From NCBI RefSeq assembly GCF_006345805.1, contig NC_042999.1:155434001-155498000 (forward strand): 64,000 bases of DNA, given 5' to 3'. Below the pieces are notes generated by a model. That model did not search any database and was not told where the DNA came from. It was given only the letters and a program-made list of their open reading frames with translations. The DNA comes from Octopus sinensis. Taxonomy: Eukaryota. The translations under genes were made by a program, and so were the position numbers. Shown piece by piece: positions 1 to 12,750 of this stretch; the stretch's first letter is position 1, and each line of letters opens with the position of its first letter.

Positions 1-10
1 TATATATATA

Positions 11-190
11 CCGGAGTAAACACATAAATGTGAAACAAGGTGGAAAAAAGAGTACTCAAATACCAGAGGCAGAGTAATATGCTTTATTTAAAAGCATCAG
101 AAATTTAACAAAAGCTGTTACTCGGAATTTCACATTAACAAAACTGTCCGACGAACGGGAACGTGAAACTCTGCTGCTTTTAAATAAATT
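11..190. mobile_element. Penelope-like element terminal fragment with hammerhead-like remnant
   Basis: ctgt-CCGACGA-ACG GGAA CGT-GAAA-CTC at 144-173, and an inverted partial partner (ctgttactcggaatttcac) at 115-133. Confidence 0.4.
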
Positions 191-203
191 ATATATATAT
201 ATA

Positions 204-248
<45 letters not shown>

Positions 249-349
249 GTTTCAGTCATTAGACTGCGGCCATGCTGGGGTATCGCCTTAAAGGGTTTAC
301 TCGAGCAAATTGATCCAGTAGTTTTTATTAAGTTTAGCACTTTAATCTT

Positions 350-590
350 ATTTCTTTATTGCCCACAAGGGGCTAAACATAGATGGGACAAACAAGGACA
401 GACAAAGGGATTAAGTCGATTATATCGACCCCAGTGCGTAACTGGTACTTTATTTATCGACCCCGAAATGATGAAAGGCAAAGTCGGCCTCGGCGGAATT
501 TGAACTCAAAACGTAACGGCATACGAAATACCGCTAAGCATTTCGTCCAGTGTGCTAACGTTTCTGCCAAGACTTGCCAAACTTCTAAGT
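350..590 (-). mobile_element. SINE family S2 copy (core gtcgactttgcctttcatcctttcggggtcgat), nested in an S1 copy spanning 245-800
   Basis: Matches further copies at ~10615-10830, 16240-16410, 19890-20110, 30655-30820, 31150-31345, 33113-33345, 48825-48965, 61195-61620 and 62300-62500. Confidence 0.85.
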
Positions 591-928
591 TACAAGGACG
601 TTGACAAACCAACACCAGTTGTCAAGTGATGGAGGAGGATAGACACACACACACGACAGGCTTCTTTCAGTTTCCGTCTATTAAATCCACGCACAAGGCC
701 TTGTTGTGTAAGACGCTATAGTAGATGATACTTGCCTAAGGTTTCGCGTAGTGGGACTGAACCAGGAACCATGTGGTTGGGTAGAAAAAATTCTTACCAT
801 ACAGCGATGAGTTCAAATCAGCTTTGTCTTTTGTCTTGTTGGGGTCAGGTACTTTCCTGTATTTATTCCGGATCTTTATGCTCTGTGGCAAACGTTCAGG
901 TCAGGTCTTCACTGTGAAGAGACCTTCA

Positions 929-1354
929 GGATCTTTTCGGTTTGAACGGCAGTTTTTTCTAGCGGTGTCATATGAAATTGTCACCCATAATTATGACCCT
1001 AGTATCGCTCTATTGCATTTCAATCTGTTTTAGGGTTAAATTTAGTTAGGGTTAGGGGTGGGGAGAAGGGTATCTTTTTTCTTCACAAATGTAAATAAAC
1101 CCAATCTGTTTCTTAAATGAGGGGTATAGTCATACGGCACAGAATGATTTTTAACTCAATAGACATCACTGGTTGGTTGAAATTGCAGAAATCGAAGAAA
1201 AACAACAACAAATATCTTACAAACTATAGAATTTTCTCAATAAAGCCAAGAGAAAAAGATGTTTTATAAACACATTCTACCAGTATACGAAGTTTAACAT
1301 TTTTTAGTTACCTAGAAATTATGTTAAAAACTGCCGTTCAAACCGATAAGATCC
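929..1354. mobile_element. MITE with 29-bp TIRs and 8-bp TSD
   Basis: TIR ggatcttttcggtttgaacggcagttttt / aaaaactgccgttcaaaccgataagatcc (1 mismatch). Perfect TSD gaccttca at 921-928 and 1355-1362. Confidence 0.85.
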
Positions 1355-1394
1355 GACCTTCATTCCACTCACGAATAACAGAGGCTTATGGTGG

Positions 1395-1740
1395 AAGACA
1401 CATGGCTTAGGGAAGGGTATTCGGTGAGTGCTTTAGTGGTTAGAATATTCGGTTCACGATCGTAAAGCCATGAGTTCGATAATTGGCAGCGCTGGGGTCT
1501 TGAGCTTCACACTTTTTTTCACATTGCTCCAGTCTACTCAGCTGTCAAGTTGTACTTGTAATTCGAAAGGGCCAGCCTCGTCACATTCTGTATTACTATG
1601 GATCTCACTGAGAACTACATTAAGGGCACGCGTGTCTGTAGAGTACTCAGCCAAGTGCACGTTATTTTCACGAGTAGGCTGTTCCGTTGATCGGATCAAC
1701 TGAAACTCTCTTCGGTAATCAACGGAGTGCCAGCGCAGTA
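1395..1740 (+). mobile_element. tRNA-derived SINE family S3 (diverged copy)
   Basis: tRNA-like head (catggcttag...gtggttag...ttcg). Related copies at ~2970-3260, 15170-15330, 15543-15803 and 20245-20545. Confidence 0.65.
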
Positions 1741-1839
1741 GAATACGCTTGTCTAAGATGTCATGTAGCAGATTGAACCTGGGACCTCACGGTTGCGAAG
1801 TGAACATCACACATCTCTTCACACACAAACACACCCATC

Positions 1840-2093
1840 TACGTACATACATACACACATAATGCATATATATATATACATACATACATACATACATACA
1901 TATATTAGACCGTTAGCTCCTACACGCATTTTTTTCTCTCCTTGTTTCTTTTCTGTGTATCTTTCTGTTGAAGAGCGTAGGCTCGAAACGTAAAAGACTT
2001 GTTCTATTTCTATTCCTGAGCGCTATACTAATACATTTGTTTGTTTGTACTCCACCTGCCTTCGTCTTTTGTTTATTTTCGTAAACCTTCCCG

Positions 2094-2130
<37 letters not shown>

Positions 2131-2181
2131 CACATACATGTGTGTGTGTATGTATGTATATTTACATACATATATGTATGT

Positions 2182-2252
<71 letters not shown>

Positions 2253-2418
2253 AACTTTCGCACACATGTTCACATATATAATTACACACACATTAACACA
2301 TACACAAACACTCTCATCCAGATATACATAAACACAAACATACACATAATACAACCACTGTCTCTCTCTCCTTCCCTCTCTCGCTCACGTATATTTTCAA
2401 AACGTTTCGTACACACAT

Positions 2419-2455
<37 letters not shown>

Positions 2456-2560
2456 AACACATACAATCTTCACACTTTCACGTTTACACACATTCACACT
2501 TATACACACACACACATACACACACACAAATATAACCATAAACAGACACGCACACCTATT
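1840..2560. repeat. Compound microsatellite region (TACA)n/(TA)n/(CA)n flanking a dispersed repeat
   Basis: Seen directly; source of the YIYI/HTHT ORFs. Confidence 0.9.
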
Positions 2561-2969
2561 TATAGCCTTTCTACCGTTGTTGACACTTGTTTTTGCTGTT
2601 GTTGCTGTCTTTGTCGTTGTTGTTGTAAACCAAAACACGTCTGATTTCAGTTGTTTTCCCCACAAACATTTTACGAAGGTATTAACCCAGTTTTCATTGG
2701 GTTAATGTTACGATGTTTTATTTCAGATAGAAATCTCTCGGTGGGATGGGAGTAGAGATGGAAGGGAGGAACACGACACCTACCTACCCACCCCTCTTTT
2801 GCGTGAGGAATACATAAAGGCCAGGTGTTGCAGTAAAAAAAGGGATCTTGTTGTTTTTAGCCCCAGGTTCACTCTGATCTGGTATGTCTATGATCAAAAG
2901 TGGTTTCGTCTCTGACCATCATGTCACATTCCACAAGCATTTAAGTATCATTAAAACATGGCCGTGTGC

Positions 2970-3260
2970 AGGCGCAATGGCCCAGTGGTTAGGGCAGCGG
3001 TCTCGCGGTCGGAGGATCGCGGTTTCGATTCCCAGGCCGGGCGTTGTGTGTGTTTATTGCGCGAAAACACCTAAAAGTTCCACGAGGCTCCGGCAGGGGG
3101 TGGTGGCGACCCCTGTTGTACTCTTTTACCCCAACTTTCTCTTACTCTCTCTTCCTGGTTCTTGAGTAACGCTGCGATGGACTGGCGTCCCGTCCAGCTG
3201 GGGGAACACATACGCCACAGAAACCGGGAAATCGGGCCCGTGAGGCTGGTTAGGCTTCAA
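2970..3260 (+). mobile_element. SINE family S3, CpG-rich copy
   Basis: ggcgcaatggcccagtggttagggcagcgg...gtttcgattccc head with pol III A/B-box-like segments; tail gactggcgtcccgtccag...gaaaccggg. Confidence 0.8.
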
Positions 3261-3704
3261 AAAGGGCGGATCTTTTCTTTTTGAAAGCCAGATTTTCCTA
3301 GTTAACTAAACAATTTGAAACTTCGTATACTGGTAGAATGTGTCAAAAGAAAACATAATTGTAAACCAAAATGAAAACGGAATTGTAATTTCTAAGTTTA
3401 ACGTTGTTTAAAAATTCGAATTTTAACCAATGATATTCTTTCTTTCGGGGCGCATAAATAAATAAATAAAAACATGGTCATCAATAAGGTCAATGGTCTG
3501 TGATGGTCTACCTTGGTCATAAGTGGACAGCCATCATGTGTGTTTGTGTGTGTGTGTAATTTTTTGGACTAATCAGTATTAGTGTCAATTAGTGTGTTGT
3601 GTAAAGCACGTTCATAGTTCAGACTACCTGATGTCATCCACGTTTGGGGTATATTCCCGCTGGATCTACTTCTGGAATTCTGCAGTCTTAGTTGAGATAA
3701 TAAT

Positions 3705-4192
3705 CGATGCAGGAAGCAGAAGATGGATTGGATATTAGTCTTTAATCACTAAGACGATCGTTTCAAACCCTCCTGCGACTGTCCTTTATAAGTGGGATAT
3801 TGTGCATCCAATTGTGGTGAAGCCTGGGGTCACATCGTGGTGTCCCGCTAAATATTTTGAAGTCTCGCAGTCATGTTGTTTTCCCGCTGTATCAGCGAAT
3901 GGGGGCTAGCTACAGTTGTCCTTATATTAAATAGTCATAATAAAATAATCGTGACCCATTCGCTGGTACAGCGAGCAAACAAAACATCAACATGACTGCA
4001 AGAACTCAATATATTTAGCGGGACACCACTTTATGCATGCATGTACTTGATGTGACCCAGACAGCGCTGATCGATGCAACACATTTGGATGCACACCATC
4101 TCGCTCATAAAGAACAGTCGCAGGAGGGGTCGAAACAATCGCAGTACTGAATAAAGACTAATACCAAATCCATATTCCGTTTCCTTCTATCG
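3705..4192. repeat. ~490-bp imperfect fold-back (inverted repeat) element
   Basis: Arms pair, e.g. gatattagtcttta/taaagactaatac, ggtgtcccgctaaatat/atatttagcgggacacc, cagcgaatggg/cccattcgctg. Confidence 0.85.
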
Positions 4193-4323
4193 TCAGTAAA
4201 TCATAAATCCGAAAAAGAAGCACACTCTAAGTTATACAACAGTAGAGTATACAGATAAAGATAGATATGGCCGGTTCATGAGGTACCCCGGGTAACCCCA
4301 TCAACCGGCTATATCTATCTTTC

Positions 4324-4357
<34 letters not shown>

Positions 4358-4358
4358 G

Positions 4359-4424
<66 letters not shown>

Positions 4425-4705
4425 AGGTCTAAAAAGGTTGAATGTAGATTCGTCCTTTAATTTAGAGGTTTCCAAAAAGGATTTCTAATGTTGATTCTTC
4501 ATATTTTGCTGGGAGTTTACAGGCGTAAAGTTGCGAAGATATGAAAGTAATACTTGTATATGATGTGTGGTGAATTTATGAAAAGAAGTCCCATAAAACG
4601 CATCAATTTATAAGTTGTTAAAATATATAAGAAACGGGAGACAGACACGGAAGGTCCCTAATTCTTCATCAGTTGTCAACTAATTGGTAATACCATCTCA
4701 CACCA

Positions 4706-5056
4706 TCTCTCTCTATATAAAGCTGAAGTTGTCTGTGTATGGCAGGTTTCGTAGCCTTCAACTAACACTATCTTCTCCGAGACCCAGCGGCGCAAGTTGA
4801 CCAAAATTGAGAGTATGATAGAAGAAGGCTTGCTTTTCCTTCCGTAGAAGAAAAAATTCAAATCGGACCATTTTAACACCAAAAATTATTTACATCAAAA
4901 AGGTGCTTTTTTTCTATGAAAATTCCTAATTTTTACGATTTTTGACTGCTGTGTCGCCATTTTTCGGTGCATTTCAACCAGAAAAATGTTCACTTAAAGA
5001 GAATAACAAGCTACATAATGCAAATTTTTTACTTTTCAAAGTAGCGATACTGCTAG
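4706..5056 (+). mobile_element. Putative non-autonomous Helitron-like element
   Basis: Begins A|TCTCTCTCTATATAAAG and ends gatactgCTAG; no TIR or TSD seen. Confidence 0.4.
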
Positions 5057-6239
5057 CTAATGATAAAACTGAGAACTTCCCATATTGGTGGTGTCCGCAA
5101 AAATTGCGGAGAATATGGGGCCGAGAGCAAGCAAAACAATACGGAGTAGACACACGAAAGTGAATAAATGTGATTTAGGACGATGGAAAAAGACGAAATA
5201 AATAAGAAACCAGCAAAATACAGACATAACATGAGAGAAGTCACTCAAATCATATCTCAATTTGCATAACACTGATTTATTACAACAATTTTTGCAACAT
5301 CTAATGGCTAAAGTTCTTTGCATTTTCCTGTTGACCATTTATTGATTGTTTACAATCTCCTCAAACTGGATAATCGTATTTTTTTCCACCCTCTTCTTTT
5401 TTTTTTTTTTTCATCATCATTTAACGTTCATGTTCCGTGCTGACATTGACTGGACGGTCTGACAGGAATTGAAGAGTCCACGAATTGCATCATGCTCCAA
5501 TATCTACTTTGGCGTAGTTTCCAAAGCTTGATGCCCTTCTTAACACTAACTGCTTCATAGCTTGTATTGGGTGATTTTTTCTTGTCGCCATGTCACCAGC
5601 ACTAATATGACCGTCAAATAGTTTCCAGGACTATGAACCCTTAGGGGACAACTTTTTCTTTTTTATATATTCTAGTTTTCGACATTACGAAATTTAACCA
5701 ATACAATTATGCTGAATGTGTTTTTTTAAAAAAAATTTAAAACATTTTAAAATATTTTCTATTATTTCTCCCACGTTCTGACAAGTCTATTTTTCAAGAT
5801 ATCTTCCTTCGCTTTTTAATACATTTTTTGTGCACACACGAATAAACATCTTGATAATTCTAAAACTCTAGGGATGTTTGTGGGTAACTGAAATATCTCA
5901 GAAATGGTATATTTTATCTTAATTCTTTTTGCATATTTATTTTCATACTTACCTTCGGCAGTGTAGTACAAGGACCTCTATTTAAACGATTAAACACAAT
6001 TTTTATTTATTGACGAAAAATACATGGCTTCCATGACGTCAACACACAAACAGAATACACACATGAATGTCATGGCTTGTCAATCAACACAAACACACGT
6101 CCGCTATCTGTGACATATACACACACATAGTCTTCGCGCTCTTTAAGAAAAACATTTTAATCATTTAGAAATATTTTTAACTTAATGTGATTTCATCATC
6201 CGGAGTTCGTTAATTTTTGCAAAATTTTTTATTTACTTT

Positions 6240-6453
6240 TATTTTTAAAGTGAAAGAGAGGAGAAAATGAAAGATGTATGTACGTGTATATGAAATAGAC
6301 GTGTGTGAAAGAGAGGAGGAGAGGGAGGAAGATAGAGAGAGAAAAGAGAGAGTGAAGTGGTGCATTGTCGTACATCTTTTTTGTGTACGTGAGCATGGGC
6401 GTGTGAGAGTGTGTGGTGTGTGTGTGAGTGAATGTGTTCTTATGTATAAGTGG

Positions 6454-6522
<69 letters not shown>

Positions 6523-6585
6523 ACGTCCATTTCATATACACGTTCATACATCTTTCACGTTCTCCTCTCTTTCACTTTAAAACAA
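6240..6585. repeat. Inverted repeat flanking GA/CA microsatellites
   Basis: aaagtgaaagagaggaga...atgaaatagacgtgtgtg pairs with cacacgtccatttcat...tctcctctctttcacttt. Confidence 0.8.
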
Positions 6586-6699
6586 AAGTAACAGGTGATT
6601 TTCAGGAAAAAAATTGTTTCAAAAAACGGCTTCTACTCATGTAAATTGATTACTATTGTTTGGATAGTTCCGATTAAATAAGTCTAGAAATTAGGTTAA

Positions 6700-7184
6700 A
6701 TATATATACATGTATAAGTACCGTGAATTCCCATTCTACAAAATGGCAAACAATTCCGTGAATACGTTACCGAGCAACGCTGGGTAGTGAGTCTAATATA
6801 TGTATATATTATAAAGTGAGGCTAAAAGTTAAGGCGTTTTCCACACTTCAACGTTTTATTATTATTTTTTTATTTTTTCATCTTTTTCAGTTCGTATTTT
6901 TCCTCTTCTCCTCCTCCTTGCTTTTTCTACTCTCCTTATTCTCTTTACCCGCTAATATTATTACACACACACACAATGTTATCTTTATATATCCTCCACA
7001 TATACACATTCATACATACAAGTTGTATATTTACATATAGAAATATTGATAAATCCACGAATACCTACACACACGTATACACTTAATGTAATGTGTATGC
7101 ATCCTACATACACTCATACACGTATATACGCTCATGCTTTCACGCTATTTACCAACAGAAAATTAGATACATTTACGAATACCT

Positions 7185-7217
<33 letters not shown>

Positions 7218-7228
7218 ACACACACACA

Positions 7229-7266
<38 letters not shown>

Positions 7267-7365
7267 ACACACACACACACACGTAATAAAATATATCCAT
7301 AAAGATACATAAATCGGCGAATATCCAGCTTTTAGTGAATACCCAACCGGCTATCATTGTTTAGT
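6700..7365 (+). mobile_element. Helitron-like termini (two adjacent elements)
   Basis: GC hairpin ccgagcaacgctggg followed by CTAA (~6770-6797), then a TCTAATATAT start and a ccggctatcattgtttagt end. Confidence 0.35.
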
Positions 7366-7557
7366 GTACTTAAGTCAGTTTAAGAATAAGACAAGCATTT
7401 TTTATGTAAAAAGAAAAAAAAGTACCATCTAACAGACAGGATGACTCTAACGAAGAAAGGAATTTAATTTGCTTCAATGGCTCAGTTCAACTGTTGCAAC
7501 TTTTGTAACTTATTTACGTATTTTAAACACCTTTTTGTTACTTGTCTGTCAAGACAT

Positions 7558-7589
7558 AAAATGGCTTCTCGAAGGACAAAATGGCCGCC
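7558..7589 (+). promoter_or_regulatory. Candidate promoter/TSS region with two YY1-type motifs
   Basis: AAAATGGCT (7558-7566) and CAAAATGGCCGCC (7577-7589) in unique, CpG-containing sequence, just upstream of where repeats become CpG-depleted. Function is inferred. Confidence 0.35.
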
Positions 7590-8721
7590 AAAAACGCGTT
7601 AATAAAACTTTATCAGACTTTCGTTAAAGCATTTGTAAAGATAAAAATATAAATAAATTAAATATACAATAAATTAGCCTGTTCTTTGAGATCTTATCAG
7701 AGAGCAGGAAACTATTCAACAGTGTCTTACAGATATGTTTTCTTTTTATACCCGGTCTGTTTTATCCAACCATATATACAACAACGTGTATAATTTATTC
7801 ATTCTACTAAGCAATTTTTCTGTCATCCATAAATACTTATTTATTTTATATATTTTATATCAATTCTCTCGTACGTTTTCCCTTATTGTTTTCTACTTAG
7901 AAGAGAATTTTTTTAATAATAAGTCAGCCTGGAAAATCTATAACATTAGCATATGTATAAATGTATATTTGTGTGTATATATATATATGGGTATGTGTGA
8001 ATGTATTTTTCTGTTCGCGTGTATTTGTGTGGAACGGATCCTGTATACTTCCGTACACATGTACACTAAAACATATACACACCCATTATACAGACAATAA
8101 ACACATTCATATATACAAAGTTCAGGCACTGTTTCTCTTGCCAACAAACTTACATAGATTGAGTCAGATAAGGGTTTTGAGAAAGGAAAATATAAATAGA
8201 AAGTTATATCCTTTGTAATTGCTGGTTATTAATGGTATGTACTTACGTATGTATGTATGAACTTTTATGTGTGTGTGCGTGCGCGCGCGCGTGTGAGTGT
8301 TTTATATAAACACATAGCTAGCTAGGTAGGCAGAGATATAACCGTAGGCGTGACTATGTCGTAGGAAGTTGCTTCCCAACCGGGTCCAGTTTCATTGCAT
8401 GGCACCTTGGGCAAATGTCTTCCAATACTGCCCCGGGGTGGCCAAAGCTTTTGTGAGAGTATTTGATGGACGGGAACTGGAAGAAGCCCGTCGTGTGTGT
8501 GTGTGTCTGTCTGTTTTTTTTTTTTTTATGTATGTATGTATGTATGTATGTATGTATGTATGTATGTATGTATGTATGTATGTATGTATGTGTTATCATC
8601 TTGTGTGACTGTTCTGGGAGGATTTTTACAGCTGAATGCCTTTTCTAACTCCAACCACCCAGCAGAGTGGACTTAGAGCTTTTTATATGGCCCAAGCACA
8701 GGCAAGGTAAGTTTTGGCAAG

Positions 8722-8769
<48 letters not shown>

Positions 8770-8989
8770 CTATATATATCATCATCATCATCATCATCAT
8801 CATCATCGTTTATGTCCGCCTTCCATGCTGGCATGTGTGGGACGGTTTGGCAGGAGCTGGCCAAACAGAAGCCTGAACCAGATTTCTGTAATTATTTTGG
8901 CAGGATTTTTACAGCTGGATGTCCTTCCTAACACCAACCACTCAGCAGAAAGGCATATGACCCAGTGGTCAGAGTATTGCACTCACAAT

Positions 8990-9345
8990 CCGTAGTAAAC
9001 ACGTTGGTATCATATGGAGGTTAAAATGATGCAAAGTGCATTGTAACCAGTGATATATAACAATGCCTGATAGTCTGGTCGATCATATGGTCAAGTGATA
9101 TATATGTGTGTGAGTGAGTCTCCTGACCTTGACATCACATGAAAGTCATGAATGACTACCACCATAGTGCTCATAGTGTCTTTGTTTCTATTCTTTCATG
9201 AAAAACATGTCTGACCATGGGGGAATATTACCTTACTCGGAAGCAGGTGAAGGTTAGCAACAGGAAGGGTGTTTGGCTGTAGAAAATCTGCCTCAATAAA
9301 TTCCATCTGACCCAAACAAGCATGAAAAAGGGGATGTTAAAACAA
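8990..9345 (+). mobile_element. SINE-like family D with RTE-type tail
   Basis: catggggaaatattacctt...aggaagggc...gtagaaaatctgc...gcatggaaaa motif; also at ~23100-23300, 26000-26280, 36250-36420 and 37900-38120. Confidence 0.65.
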
Positions 9346-9569
9346 TTATTTTCAGTACAAAACAAATAGGACCATGCATAGACAACCTGCTACATCCACC
9401 TAATTTACAAATAAACCATCATTTGCATAAGTGATGACTAAGATCAATGAAACTGAATAAATCATTATTGTATGATATATTTCATACACATAAAACAACA
9501 CACCTTAGAAATTTTGCAGTCATTTGGGGATTCCACATATGGAGAGTAAGTATTAATTTATGAGTTTCT

Positions 9570-9890
9570 CTCAAGTGTTGGGCCTCAGGGAGGCAATGAC
9601 TGAGATCTTTGGCATTATATCATGCTTGGGAAAAAGACCCATCAAGCCAAGTAAAATTGCAGTCATGGCAGATACTAGTGCCACACAAATGACACCCATG
9701 CCGGTGGCACATAAAACCACCCATTACACTCTCAAGTGGTTGCCATTAGGAAGGACATCCAGCTATAGAAACCCATGCTAAATCAGACTGGAGTCTTGTG
9801 CAGCCTTCCAGCTTACCAGCCATGGTCAAACCATCCAACCCATGCCAGCATGGCCAATGGACGTTAAGTTATGATGATAATGATGATGAT
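9570..9890 (+). mobile_element. RTE-clade LINE 3' end with (GAT)n tail (family R)
   Basis: Shares cctcacggaggcaatgac...gagacctttgg with the RTE ORF end at 54400-54480. More than 20 related 3' fragments occur, e.g. 8780-8950, 10230-10540, 14575-14870, 16415-16675, 17670-17850, 22630-23030, 23800-24100, 35180-35460, 36580-37450, 38150-38350, 40035-40570, 40870-41225, 63120-63370. Confidence 0.8.
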
Positions 9891-11619
9891 GAACCAGTGG
9901 GGTAAGCTGTGATTCTCTAGATGACAATTATCATTTTATGGTATATTTTATAAACCATAAACTACCATCCTTTAGAATTCTCGTAGACGTTTGGCGAGTC
10001 AACCATATTGTTGCTATGTAGACCCTTCTGTTTTTGTACCAGAGGTTATTGTTTGTGTATATATTTGACAACTTTACCATATATATGTATGAAACACACA
10101 CGCAGACACGTATATATGGGTTTGTGGTTTTGAATTTACTTCCACTATGTGGTTCCCTAAGAAGCTCCTGGGCTGATCAATACTCTGTGAGCGTGTATTG
10201 TCTGTATGTGTCAAAATTCATCAAATATCATCATCGTTTAAAATCCGCCTTCCATGCTGGCATGGGTGGGACGGTACCACAAGAGCTGGCCAGGCCAAAG
10301 CCTACACCAGACTTCTGTGACTGTTTTGGCTGGATTTTTACAGCTGGGTGCCCTTTCTAACAACAACCACTAAGGAGAGTGAACTCAGGGCTTTTTATGC
10401 AGCACAAGCACAGGTGAGGTGAGTAGTGCTTTTTATGTGGCACATGAACAACCAAGGTCAGTTTTGGCAAGATTGTTATAGCTGGATGCCCTCCCAAACA
10501 CCAACCAATTTTCCATGTGGATTGGGTGCTTTTAAGTGGTATTTTACCAATTCTCTTATGACTTCAGCAGTCCACTGCCCTTAGTGTCCTGATTAAGATA
10601 TTTAATAATAATAACAATAACAGTTTCAAATTTTGATACAAGGCCAGTAACTTGGAGGGAGTGGGGTATATCAATTACATTGACCCCACCAGTGCTCAAC
10701 TGGTACTCATTTTATCAAACTCAAGAGGATGAAAGGCAAAGTTGACTTTGGCGGAATTTGAACTCTGAATGTAAAGATGAGCAAAATGCTGCTAAGCATT
10801 TTGTGCTAACGATTCTGCCAGCTTGTTACCTTTATGATAATAATGTCAGTTGAGTCTATATAATCATCTTATCATAAAAATACCCCCAGTACACATCTGC
10901 ACAGAAGGAAGTTTGGATGGAAAAGAAACAGTTTTAAGTTTGCATTATAACTTAGAAAGGTTTTGGCCAGTATTGGCCCAGGTCATGTCTAACTTAATAG
11001 CACCACCTGGCATTATAATTTAAATTAAAAAAAACAAATTCTTTCCTTTAAAAAATACATTTTTTTTTTACCATTGTCTTACATTTGAATATGTAAAAAC
11101 TAGTCAAATTATGTGACTTGGCTTCAGGCCCTAACAAGATCCATCTTAAATTCTGTACATGTGCTGTACAAAAAGCAGGAAGTGGAAACAGACGAATTTT
11201 AAATAATATCAAAACATACATGCATAGTATAGACACGCACACATTTAGTATAATTAGGTGGCGTGGGCGTTGACAGAGAACAGAGTTCAAATTGGTAATA
11301 ACTTCATGCATAGAAAATTGAAATATTTAAATTATTTTATGCTTAATATATTGACAAAATGACATTTAATGTGCAACAATGGAAAAAGGCAATGTTCTTA
11401 GCTTCTCTTCCTGTCTAAAGAAGAGAAAAAAACAGCATAAAGAGAAAAAATATAGAACACACCAACTTAAAGTATTTCAATATATACAGTAAAATTATGC
11501 TAGTTTATTTTATTACTAGCTCCAGTTAAAGTTGGGTGTTACCTTCAAATTCTGATCATGTAAGCAGTCACTGACATGAGGTAGAGTAGAAGGTGTTAAT
11601 GTTGTAATATCAAACCTGG

Positions 11620-12050
11620 AAAAAGGTGGCGAGCTGGCAGAAACGTTCTGAGTTCAAATTCCACAGAGGTTGACTTTGTCTTTCATCATTTCGGGGTCGA
11701 TAAATTAAGTACCAGTTGCATACTGGGGTCGATTTAATTGACTGGTCCCCTCCCCAAAAATTTTGGGCCTTGCGCCTAGAGTAGAAAAGAATATTTTAAA
11801 GGCAGCGAACTGGCAGAAACGTTAGCATGCAGGGTTAAATGCTTAGTGGTATTTCATCTGTCTTTACATTCTGAGTTCAAATTCCACTGAGGTTGACTTT
11901 GTCTTTCATCCTTTCAGGATCGATAAATTAAGTACCAGTTACGTATTGGTGTCGATCTAATCAACTGGCTCCCTCCCCAAAAATTTCGAGCCTTGTGCCT
12001 AGAGTAGAAAAGAATATTTTAATTGCAGCAAGCGGGCAGAAACGTTAGCA
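11620..12050 (+). mobile_element. Head-to-tail multimer of S2 SINE
   Basis: Two near-full units plus a third head, joined at gcctagagtagaaaagaatatttt. Confidence 0.8.
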
Positions 12051-12212
12051 ACATTTGAAATTTTGTCTACGTGAATCTAGCTGAAGAGAACTGATCAAAT
12101 TTACATTAACAAACGTAATTTGGAAAGTTGGAAACCTAGGTCCTTGATTATTTAATGTTCTTCCTAGATGTAAGATGAAATTTTTTATGTTTACCACCCA
12201 CAAACGTCTTTG

Positions 12213-12252
<40 letters not shown>

Positions 12253-12344
12253 CAGTGATGCTTTACTATAGCGTTGTATATTATCGTCTGCTATTTCCCT
12301 TAAAAATTGGTGCATTGTTGTACCACTATCCTATATATACTCTT

Positions 12345-12750
12345 TTACTCTTTTACTTGTTTCAGTCATTTGACTGCGGCCATGCTGGAGCACCGCCTTT
12401 AGTCAAGCAAATCAACTCCGGGACTTATTCTTTGTAAGCCCAGTACTTATTCTATTAGTCTCTTTTGCTGAACCGCTAAGTGACGGCGACGTAAACACAC
12501 CAGCATCGGTTGTCAAGCAATCCTAAGGGGACAAACACAGACACACAAACATACACACACACACACATATATATATATATACATATATACAACAGGCTTC
12601 TTTCAGTTTCTGTCTGCCAAATCCACTCACAAGGCTTTGGTTGGCCTGCGGCTATAGTAGAAGACACTTGCCCAAGGTGCCACGCAGTGGGACTGAACCC
12701 AGAACCATGTGGTTGGTAAGCAAGCTACTTACCACACAGCCACTCCTGTG
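12345..12750 (-). mobile_element. tRNA-derived SINE family S1 (~420 bp, internal TA/CA microsatellite)
   Basis: Head gcaggagtggctgtgtggtaag...gggttcagtcccactg. Other copies at ~13085-13455, 17855-18255, 21663-22045, 23330-23780, 32000-32220, 38450-38900, 39080-39590, 41350-41790, 48425-48820, 57360-57700 and 61930-62205. Confidence 0.85.

Noticed and set aside
1030-1062. Telomeric TTAGGG repeats
   Set aside because: Two or three degenerate units inside a MITE, not a telomere or interstitial array.
1793-2705. [12 protein letters not shown] ORFs here and at 6.2-7.4, 18.7-19.6, 32.3-33.0, 49.3-50.0 and 60.3-60.6 kb
   Set aside because: Translations of dinucleotide microsatellites.
2970-3050. 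tRNA genes at the heads of S1/S2/S3 repeats
   Set aside because: They continue into SINE bodies and do not form complete cloverleaves.
3317-3329. loxP-like half-site (AACTTCGTATA)
   Set aside because: Only one arm, no spacer or partner, and it is part of a dispersed repeat also present at ~1270-1320.
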